This document shows, piece after piece, positions 9,201 to 15,653 of a stretch of 24,987 nt of DNA. Source of the stretch: Candidatus Hodarchaeota archaeon (lineage in GTDB: Archaea > Asgardarchaeota > Heimdallarchaeia > Hodarchaeales > Hodarchaeaceae); the NCBI GenBank assembly GCA_029856365.1, contig JAHQWW010000053.1:1-24987 (forward strand), given 5' to 3'. Position numbers and translations under genes: made by a program. How positions within the stretch are numbered: position 1 is the stretch's first letter; each line of letters opens with the position of its first letter. Below the pieces are notes generated by a model that saw only the letters and a program-made list of their open reading frames with translations, was not told the DNA's origin and did not search any database.

Positions 9201-10206
9201 CATCTATATTGAATTATTACCTCTTCAGGATCATATCCAATTTGAAGGAAATATTCCAATTCCAACAAGTGAAAATTCTCCTTTAACAATTCAAGCTCCT
9301 ATTATCCAAGGATATGTCAATTATGGCGTAGAATCTGTTACTCTTGCATTATATGATATTAAAGATGAGCCACCAATCGCTGAAAATGGTCTTCAATCTC
9401 AACCAAAAATTGGGAGTATTTCCAAAAGAGATATTGTACCTTGTTCTCAAAAGACAGTTGATACAGCCTTAAACGCTATTATTACTCCTTATTCTCAACA
9501 AACTATTGTTTTCAATGAATTAACAAAAATTAAAGGCGTTTGGACAACATATCTTCGGAATCTAAGAGACAACACAATTACCAGAGTTGAAGCTACCTCA
9601 AATGGAATATATCCTCGGAAAACTGCTGAACTCTATATCCAAAAATCTCCATGGGATACTAATCCTCCTCGGTTAATTCATATTGAACCAATTACTACTC
9701 AAACTGAAGAATTCCCAATAGTATTCTCAGAGCAAATAATCGATGATCAAGGTAGTTTCAATTATGGTATTGATGAAACCTCAATCAAATTTTCTTATAA
9801 AGTGTTGAATGACCAAGGATCATGGTCTCATGTTAGTTACCTTGATAGTGATCCGAACTGGTCCAAAACTGGTAATATATACAATTACACTCTTAATTTA
9901 AGTGGACTCGAAATACCAATCTATATTGCATATTATTGGTCTACTAATGATTTAGCAAACCCAAGTAATCGTGCTACTGATGGAGATCAAGAAACTCCAT
10001 ATTATATAGGAGTATTTCCAAGGGAAACTGATACTTATACCACTTCAATCTATTATACAACTACCACCACCGCAACAACAGCTACTTCCGCTACTTCTAC
10101 TGCTAATACTTCTACAGAACCAAGTGCTCCTATAGGATTTGAATTCTTGATAATAATCGGGACATTAGGAATAACAATAGTTCTCTATAGAAAAAAGCGT
10201 CAATAG
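6244..10206 (+). CDS. Secreted, cell-surface-anchored M6 family (immune inhibitor A-like) zinc metalloprotease with TolB/PD40-like beta-propeller and C-terminal sorting signal
   Basis: N-terminal hydrophobic segment; SVASYYWENSYGQL, VVHAG, IWSHRW, HELGHAIGDLPDLYD (7078 on), WGLMGAG Met-turn, PAHFCAWSK, GILIWHIDE. Repeats of D..PS...F.SNRTG..IY follow. C-terminus is a Thr-rich linker, PIGFE, TM helix and RKKRQ. GTG start after AGGTG SD. Confidence 0.9.
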   Translation: MFRKIMGGVGLFIIVFLIMGSIGDSILHNDRTNNLSQLSDSNYSGIESESDAFIERESPTEVFVNNNFRDIPFEYMYPVDPKIRPPLASIKSSAPTSKKSVITTGIIKIAVLLVCFTDVSFDSAHNQAYYSNLIFNHSNPKSVASYYWENSYGQLNITGEIIGGIYRSSHARRYWGEDSASGNVFPQVDDKNDYIYNLVVEGVQLADPTVNFTRFDENRDSIVDYLLVVHAGDAQEETGISNHIWSHRWSIQTKCAVDSVVVKDYTMCAETSPMGTFAHELGHAIGDLPDLYDTDYSSDGIGRWGLMGAGAWNYNETSGSGESPGDTPAHFCAWSKIKMGWLTPTIVTANQFGITLPAIETSNHNSVMKIFLSNETNSVTLQEYFLVCFRNQTGFDSALPGSGILIWHIDECNIYEGNDGENRKLVDLEEADAVDPWGFIWEQLDYYNSKPLVGTPHSDDNGNITDPWSPGTIFSVGSTPNSDSNDGVKTYINVSVSDIDIIDISVAYDPFPWDYTLLVIDQPATSIIDDEPSIIEHSSGSFSVVWQSNRTTGDWNIYGSQTKDAGQSWDLAVPITYNSSNDYSPSLIYWYPPAYWARTFIPDIVDRPIPAGDMSLSTQPPLHYIVAFVSDRTGNPDIFITLSSDFSTWKQPVRITNDSAYDLDPCLIQTPSGDLGLFWTSNRTGNYEIYFIEEPWNTSNIVQITNNVVLDRGPSYCLSQNDTHLLAFERKVGGTSSIQLLISTDLISWISSPIACTNPVVDSTEPSIVEREDGTLLITFTQSSGSKEEINQIVSSYWNDWSSHLAMGFPKNSSSPSLIEAKCGALFMVYGTYDATQIPHVYLIHTTLCYRFGVGIDYPRDTGNTFFNPSRVEQGSDWVFTGEMQLNDSDFTVPAYNVSLIVTDTKNTWHERDDEIILEDQLNQSDPGPPFEIELDPVIGTGRFSIPLHEFHLIYPEELPTATILCFRLEWWYKDINEQLKNINGSIYIELLPLQDHIQFEGNIPIPTSENSPLTIQAPIIQGYVNYGVESVTLALYDIKDEPPIAENGLQSQPKIGSISKRDIVPCSQKTVDTALNAIITPYSQQTIVFNELTKIKGVWTTYLRNLRDNTITRVEATSNGIYPRKTAELYIQKSPWDTNPPRLIHIEPITTQTEEFPIVFSEQIIDDQGSFNYGIDETSIKFSYKVLNDQGSWSHVSYLDSDPNWSKTGNIYNYTLNLSGLEIPIYIAYYWSTNDLANPSNRATDGDQETPYYIGVFPRETDTYTTSIYYTTTTTATTATSATSTANTSTEPSAPIGFEFLIIIGTLGITIVLYRKKRQ

Positions 10207-10213
10207 TTCCAAA

Positions 10214-10239
10214 TCCCTCTTTTTTCTTTTTAAAAGGGA
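10214..10239. terminator. Terminator between the convergent protease and microprotein genes
   Basis: TCCCT...AGGGA inverted repeat enclosing a long T-tract. Confidence 0.5.
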
Positions 10240-10247
10240 CTATTCAG

Positions 10248-10400
10248 TTACTGCTGATATTTCAGAGGGTCAGGAATATCAGGAATGTCTGGAGTTGCTC
10301 TTGGTGATAGTTTTCTTCGACATTCGATGCAAATACCACTAGGATGGGGACGCATCATCATTTTACCACACCTCTTACATGGCCCAAGTACTTCACCCAT
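10248..10400 (-). CDS. 50-aa CxxC...CxxC zinc-finger microprotein (not in ORF track)
   Basis: Manual translation: MGEVLGPCKRCGKMMMRPHPSGICIECRRKLSPRATPDIPDIPDPLKYQQ*. SD GAGGTGA at 10408-10414, 7 nt before the ATG. BRE-TATA-like GTAAACTTTTAGA at 10448-10460. Confidence 0.8.
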   Translation of the reverse strand: MGEVLGPCKRCGKMMMRPHPSGICIECRRKLSPRATPDIPDIPDPLKYQQ

Positions 10401-10501
10401 TCAAAAATCACCTCTTGATTGTTCACATGTGAAAGGGGAGTGTCATTTCTAAAAGTTTACCCATAATCAAACAAAATTCCTTAAAAATTAATTAAAAGTT
10501 A

Positions 10502-11149
10502 TTATTCGGAAGATCCTCTCTTAGAATAAGAATCAGCTGGTTCTTTAATTTTGTCACGCCAATCAAGAAGATGTGACTGTTGAAATAAATGAAAAAGCAT
10601 TTGACCAAGGTATCCGCCAAATCCAACTCCGCTGATAAAACATAATGCTATTATCAACAAAAATAATTCAAACGAAAGCGCTGAACCTAAGAAAGTATTA
10701 AGCTGAAGAATAATATTTGATACTGCAGCAAATCCAGCAGCAACGGCAATTTCAAGATGTAAAAGCCTTTTTGATTTTATAAGAGCGAAAAAGCTGAAAA
10801 ATATAACTTCAAATACAATCGCTTCCCCTGTGGAAATATAAAGAACCAAGATACCAAGGTGACTTGCTGAAAAGAGTTCAATAAAACCTTTGATGATTCC
10901 ACATAAAACAACACTTCCCACTTTTCGATTGGTCAACAAGAAGACTAATACAAACCACAAAATATGAAGTCCAGCAAATATTTGGCCAATCTTAGGTATA
11001 CCTACTGTATACCTAACTAAATTAGCAAGATAACCAATAAAAGTGCTAAAAACCCCTCCCAGTGACGCGAATAGAGCAATAATAACTAGATCACTTGTAT
11101 CATAGTAATATGATGATTTCTTCGATTTGTCTTTGGCAGGGGACTCCAT
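10502..11149 (-). CDS. ECF transporter substrate-specific (S) component, YkoE/MptD-like
   Basis: About six TM segments, TSDLVIIALFA first helix, RKVGSVVLCGIIKGFIELF, and terminal SGVGFGGYLG. Start taken as ATG 11149 (ORF track gives 11188). Confidence 0.72.
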   Translation of the reverse strand: MESPAKDKSKKSSYYYDTSDLVIIALFASLGGVFSTFIGYLANLVRYTVGIPKIGQIFAGLHILWFVLVFLLTNRKVGSVVLCGIIKGFIELFSASHLGILVLYISTGEAIVFEVIFFSFFALIKSKRLLHLEIAVAAGFAAVSNIILQLNTFLGSALSFELFLLIIALCFISGVGFGGYLGQMLFHLFQQSHLLDWRDKIKEPADSYSKRGSSE

Positions 11150-11223
11150 ACTTTTACACTCATCATATAATTCAGTTAGAACTCTCAATACTCGAAATTA
11201 TCATATATTTTTAACTGTATGTT

Positions 11224-13221
11224 TCAGAAGTTTGTTTCATTGTTTCTTTTGGTAGAAAACTCATAAAGAACTTCTTGTTTCTGCTTAGGAGTAATTTCAT
11301 ATAATTTAAATACTAAATCGTCAATCTCTTTCTCAAGCAATTGAATTCTTTGGTCTAGCTGTTCTATATTCAAGTTTTTCTCTTTAAATCGTTGTACCAA
11401 AGAATATTTCCGTTGATACTGGGATTGAAGGACTTTAACTTTGGTACAAACTTGATTGGCTAAAATTACCTCATCTTCAATTACTGGCATTTTAATAGGA
11501 AGACGTAGGAACTTTTTCTGAGTGAAATGAGGGAAATCCTGACGATGAGGGTCTGCAAATTTAATGAAAAAATATTTGTTCATTAATCGAGAATTTAACA
11601 CTCCCATAATATATTCTAAGTTGACGGGGGCATTTTTCTTCAATTTAAAGAGATATACAACTTGATTAACCCATCTGTTATCATAATCAATTACAGTTCT
11701 AATTCCACGCCCAGTTTTTCTAAGTAATAGCTTAGGGCCTTGATAAAGGGCTTGATCTTTGTAATTAATTCCAATACGTTTAGGATCGATATATTTTTGA
11801 TTTTTAATATAATACCTCTGGATTTGATGCCCTACAAGAAAAGGATAATCCCTTTCAGGTTGTTTAGGGGTGTTGAACACAATGAAATCCGTTTTATCAT
11901 GTTCTGTAACTTCTTCGTGGCACTCTGGATTATTACACTGCTTTGTTTTTACTCTATTTTTCAAAAGCCTGGGTGGAGAAGACCACCAACCACAGGATGA
12001 ACACTGAACAATTTTGCCCTTTTTATTAAGTTCTACACCCCTAGCGTTCTTGACAAAATCGCCTAAAGGTTTCACCTGGATTTTTTCGTGATGAAGATCT
12101 TTTTCTATAGTTTCTCTTAATTCTTCATTTCCAATTGAAAAAATATCAAATTGACCTTCAGGATTTAAAAGAAATCGATTTTGGGAACAAGAAACATTGG
12201 GTAGAGAAGATAAAGATTGATGTCCTTCCTTCAGAAGCCTTTTTATTGCTGATGGAATATGCTGAACAACGTCAAGAAGATGATCAGGAGTCATTGATCC
12301 TTTTTCAGTAATAATAATCATACAAGGTTGTGTTATTCCAGAAAAAATTTTTTCTCCTAAATTAATAATTTGTATTATTTTGCATGTATTTAAGATTAAT
12401 TTTCGTATATCTTTATAGTTTTCATTTAAAAGCAAAGTGTTTGGAATAACAAAGCCTAAACGGCCACCTTCTCTCATAGCTGCCAAACTTCTTTCAATAA
12501 AAAGACTCCAAGAGTCAACCTGTTGAGTTCCAACCCTATAGAAATTTAATAATTCGGAAGAAAATAGAGCTGCTCCCCATGGAGGATTCCCAAGGATTAC
12601 GTCGAACTTTCCATCTGTCTCTGGAAATACGGTCTCCCAAGGCATCGGATTAATATTAGCAGAAATCTGGAAATCTTCAGTTAATTTGGCTCTTAAAATC
12701 TGTTTAATCCGTTTTTCAATTATTGAAATCTCTCTTTTCTCTTCTTTGCTAGAAAATGTCTCACTTCCGTTGATGAATAACTTTTTATACCGAAGACGAA
12801 ATTTTTCCAATGAATAAGCGTCACATTGATGATCATAAGTAACTGGAGGAATCAGTGCGTTAAAAACTTTGAAATTTACGTTGAAATCTTGACAATTAAG
12901 GTTTGTTTGAGTCCTCTCAATCTGAGTTTTGTCAATGTCGATTCCATATAATTGGTTAGCAATTATTGACTTTCTAACTTTCTCTAGAGGTTCATTAGGT
13001 TTTTTTATTGATTTAAAATTAGATAATAAGAACTCTAAAGCTCGTACAAGAAATACTCCCATTCCACATGCAGGATCAAGAATTTTTAAGGAAAAAATCC
13101 TGTCATGACTGGAGTTCTTAAGGAAATAGCCAATCGTTTGGTCAATAATGTAATTCACAATGTAATCTGGTGTATAATATTGGCCTAGAATTTTACTTTT
13201 TACTCCAGTTTGACTTGTCAT
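11224..13221 (-). CDS. Solitary gamma-class DNA amino-methyltransferase (M.TaqI/Eco57I-like, with TaqI-C specificity domain)
   Basis: GQYYTPDYIV (motif X), ILDPACGMGVFL (motif I), LYGIDID, FDVILGNPPW (motif IV), FIERSL...GGRLGFVIP, PKLLLRKT, YIMGVLNSRL, EIDDLVFKLYEIT. No N-terminal nuclease domain. Confidence 0.9.
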   Translation of the reverse strand: MTSQTGVKSKILGQYYTPDYIVNYIIDQTIGYFLKNSSHDRIFSLKILDPACGMGVFLVRALEFLLSNFKSIKKPNEPLEKVRKSIIANQLYGIDIDKTQIERTQTNLNCQDFNVNFKVFNALIPPVTYDHQCDAYSLEKFRLRYKKLFINGSETFSSKEEKREISIIEKRIKQILRAKLTEDFQISANINPMPWETVFPETDGKFDVILGNPPWGAALFSSELLNFYRVGTQQVDSWSLFIERSLAAMREGGRLGFVIPNTLLLNENYKDIRKLILNTCKIIQIINLGEKIFSGITQPCMIIITEKGSMTPDHLLDVVQHIPSAIKRLLKEGHQSLSSLPNVSCSQNRFLLNPEGQFDIFSIGNEELRETIEKDLHHEKIQVKPLGDFVKNARGVELNKKGKIVQCSSCGWWSSPPRLLKNRVKTKQCNNPECHEEVTEHDKTDFIVFNTPKQPERDYPFLVGHQIQRYYIKNQKYIDPKRIGINYKDQALYQGPKLLLRKTGRGIRTVIDYDNRWVNQVVYLFKLKKNAPVNLEYIMGVLNSRLMNKYFFIKFADPHRQDFPHFTQKKFLRLPIKMPVIEDEVILANQVCTKVKVLQSQYQRKYSLVQRFKEKNLNIEQLDQRIQLLEKEIDDLVFKLYEITPKQKQEVLYEFSTKRNNETNF

Positions 13222-13296
13222 CCTATAAATCGTACATCTGTTCCCCTATAATTGTTTTGTGAAAAAAAATGTTGAGAGGAATTTATAGCATTTTTT

Positions 13297-13330
13297 AAAA
13301 AAAGAAGAAAAAAAAGAGGGATAAAAAGGG
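13297..13330 (-). terminator. Strong oligo-T terminator after the histone gene
   Basis: Minus strand carries several consecutive T-runs (CCCTTTTTATCCCTCTTTTTTTTCTTCTTTTTTT) directly after the stop codon. Confidence 0.65.
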
Positions 13331-13338
13331 TTTTTCCT

Positions 13339-13767
13339 TTACGGCATTATATCAGTATCTTTCAAAGTTTTTCTCTTCGCATGTCGTGCTATGTCTATAG
13401 CTCCCTTAGCCAGTGTGTAGCAGTAAGCTTCTAATTGTTTGTTAAGATAGTCTACTGCATCAGCTGACACTCGTGATGCTCCTGATTCTCGGATAACTCT
13501 TTCCACGCGTGCTTTGGCGAACGCACGTGATTTCGGGCCAGTAGGGCTCATTTTTGGGGAACCAATTTTTGATACAGCCAGCTTTATATCATCTGCTTGT
13601 ACTGTTTTACGACCAGCAGTATTAGCTAGGTTAATTGCCGTTTTTGATGATTTCCCGCCAAACTCCGCACAAAGCTCGTCCATACGCACAATAGCTTTAG
13701 CGGATATTCTTTCTGCACCTGCAGATTTCATAATTGCTTCAATTCGTGCTTTTGCAAATGTTGCCAT
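13339..13767 (-). CDS. Archaeal histone doublet (two tandem HMf-type histone folds)
   Basis: Fold 1: FAKARIEAIMKSAGAERIS...AGRKTVQADDIKLA. Fold 2: FAKARVERVIRESGASRVS...ARHAKRKTLKDTDI. Both keep the canonical HMfB R19-to-R52 spacing and RKTxxxxD. AGGTGA SD upstream. Confidence 0.93.
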   Translation of the reverse strand: MATFAKARIEAIMKSAGAERISAKAIVRMDELCAEFGGKSSKTAINLANTAGRKTVQADDIKLAVSKIGSPKMSPTGPKSRAFAKARVERVIRESGASRVSADAVDYLNKQLEAYCYTLAKGAIDIARHAKRKTLKDTDIMP

Positions 13768-13840
13768 TTTCTTTTCACCTTTTCTGCATTTCTACATTAT
13801 AAGTTTTGTAGAAAATCTAGATCATTCACTCATTCATCAG

Positions 13841-13856
13841 TTTAAAAGGTTTTACT
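13841..13856 (-). promoter_or_regulatory. BRE-TATA promoter of the histone gene
   Basis: Minus strand GTAAAACCTTTTAAA about 75 nt upstream of the ATG. Confidence 0.6.
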
Positions 13857-13871
13857 TTCTAAATTAAAAAT

Positions 13872-13953
13872 ATGACTGATGTGGTGTTACTAGACAATTC
13901 ATTCGCAACGGTGAAAATGCTATTGAAGATGTACTTCCGATAACATGAAGTAA
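13872..13953 (+). pseudogene. Short frameshifted relic of a P2-type ATPase (post-hinge region)
   Basis: Reads DVVLLDNSFATV / NAIED / DNMK* across two frameshifts. This is collinear with [28 protein letters not shown] in the intact ATPase of this window. Confidence 0.5.
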
Positions 13954-14280
13954 AGCAACTTTATCTTTGATGGGTCTCTCTTCTAAAAAACAAGGTTATT
14001 CCATGCTTTAATATCTCCTTCTTTCTACGGTTCTACTTGAAATCTGGGAGCGAGGGAGGATTTTAATCTAGGAATATCTGCTTTTTAAATGAATCAAATT
14101 GGAACCTGCGCCGTAATAACGATTATATATTTAATAATTCAAAGATTAATGTTTTAATCACACTAAACACAAGTAGAGACGTAACTAAGTAAAGTTAGGT
14201 CCTTGATGATTTATCGTAATCACAAAACACTCGTAAACAGAAAGTTGTGTTTCACTTCAGCTAGAATATTTTAGGATGGT

Positions 14281-14306
14281 ATATCAAAATTGATTTATTT
14301 TGATAT
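14281..14306. promoter_or_regulatory. Perfect 10-bp inverted repeat, candidate operator upstream of the CaCA exchanger
   Basis: ATATCAAAAT-N6-ATTTTGATAT about 115 nt before the start codon. AT-rich, so chance cannot be excluded. Confidence 0.35.
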
Positions 14307-14420
14307 TGATTGTGTTTGGATACTCGATTTATTATTTGACTATGCATTAATTGACTTTTTAACTCTTAGACCTTTATTTAGATTGGATTAACTATGATGA
14401 TTTGCTAGATAGGTGAACAA

Positions 14421-15638
14421 ATGAAATTCTCAAATTATGATAAAGTGCTTTTTAGCATTTTTGCAATCCTGATTGTAGGTTTTGGATTTTTCAAAGAATC
14501 TCTTGATCCATTTCTATTAATAGTATTCATGCTTATCGGATTAGGGATTGCTATCCTAGCTTCTGAAAAAGCAGTTGGAGGAATGGAGATTTTGGGCAAA
14601 AAACTTGGCCTTACGCCCTATGTGTCTGGTGTATTATCGAGCCTAGCGAGTAATACCCCAGAGTTAGCGATTGGTGCCTTCGCAATTTTGAGTGGTAAAG
14701 TTGAGTTCGCCATTGCGTTCATTATAATCGCAACTGGATTTAATATTCTCATGCTAGGACTATTAGTAATTCTTGGTAACGTAAAGAGGAAAGCAGCAAT
14801 AATAATTCCTGAAGAGGTTGTTGAAATTGAAGTACCAATTGTTCGAGTAGCAATAGTCATAGTTGGTTCAATTTTTGTGTATGGAATTGTGTTATTTGCT
14901 CTTGAGGTTTATGAAATGGCTAAGGATCCTCTGAGAGAGCATTTGGTCCCTTTTTTGCCTTATGAAGCAAATGTCATAATGGTTGTTGTCTATCTTCTTT
15001 ATTTATTCTTCATTTTGAGGCATAATCTTCAGAAAAAAGTGCAAACAATTTCCAACCAACAAGAAGAAGGAGAAGCTTATGTCACTGAATCTGAAATTAG
15101 TCGGAATTTCTTAATTGGTGTGTTAGTCTTAGCTTTTGTTATGATCTTTTTTGCTGGTGAAATGATATCTTCTTCTGTTGAACTCTTTCTTGAGCAGTCT
15201 CATAAAGTTGGAATTGAATTAAATGAGTTCCAGCTTGCATTTTTCATCGGTGCTGCAGCTTCTATACCAGAACATGCGATTGCTCTTCTTGCTGTCAGAC
15301 ATGAAGGAGGAATTGAACTAGGATTAGGTAACCTTATTGCAGGGAGCATGCAAAATCTCTTATTGATGACTGGATTGGTATCTCTTTTCTCGTTCATTGG
15401 ATCGTTAATAGGAATAAGTGGCAATGACTCAAGAGGAATACCACTTGTTCATGAAATTGCGGGAGAAGTTCCCATACCATTCCTTTTAGTGCAATTTGGT
15501 TTTGCTTGGTTACTATTATTTCTAATAAAGTCATCTATGACTGATGATAGGCGCTTAGACATATATGAGGGGTTCACTATCACAGTTGCTCAATTATTTG
15601 TCTTTATTATTTTCCTACGTGGAATCTTGGCTTTTTGA
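14421..15638 (+). CDS. Ca2+/cation antiporter (CaCA, Na_Ca_ex family)
   Basis: Multi-TM protein with two alpha-repeats, SLASNTPEL...ATGFN and AAASIPEH...GNLIAGSMQN, separated by an acidic loop. AGGTGA SD. Confidence 0.85.
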   Translation: MKFSNYDKVLFSIFAILIVGFGFFKESLDPFLLIVFMLIGLGIAILASEKAVGGMEILGKKLGLTPYVSGVLSSLASNTPELAIGAFAILSGKVEFAIAFIIIATGFNILMLGLLVILGNVKRKAAIIIPEEVVEIEVPIVRVAIVIVGSIFVYGIVLFALEVYEMAKDPLREHLVPFLPYEANVIMVVVYLLYLFFILRHNLQKKVQTISNQQEEGEAYVTESEISRNFLIGVLVLAFVMIFFAGEMISSSVELFLEQSHKVGIELNEFQLAFFIGAAASIPEHAIALLAVRHEGGIELGLGNLIAGSMQNLLLMTGLVSLFSFIGSLIGISGNDSRGIPLVHEIAGEVPIPFLLVQFGFAWLLLFLIKSSMTDDRRLDIYEGFTITVAQLFVFIIFLRGILAF

Positions 15639-15653
15639 TAACTAGTACTCCTT

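Noticed and set aside
10057-10116. ACT/ACC/GCT-rich short repeats as a DNA repeat array
   Set aside because: Explained by the Thr/Ala/Ser linker codons of the protease.
11224-13221. Complete restriction-modification, Type IIG or BREX defence island
   Set aside because: No nuclease domain, no partner genes and no mobile-element context.
13996-14020. Minus-strand AAGGAG SD followed by ATG-GAA-TAA (Met-Glu-stop minigene)
   Set aside because: Only two codons, and the frame beyond the stop resembles nothing recognisable. Probably chance.
14045-14069. Minus-strand AGATTAAAATCCTCCCTCGCTCCCA, resembling a tRNA 3' end or att site
   Set aside because: No GTTC T-loop, the upstream bases cannot form the T-stem, no cloverleaf, and no integrase nearby.
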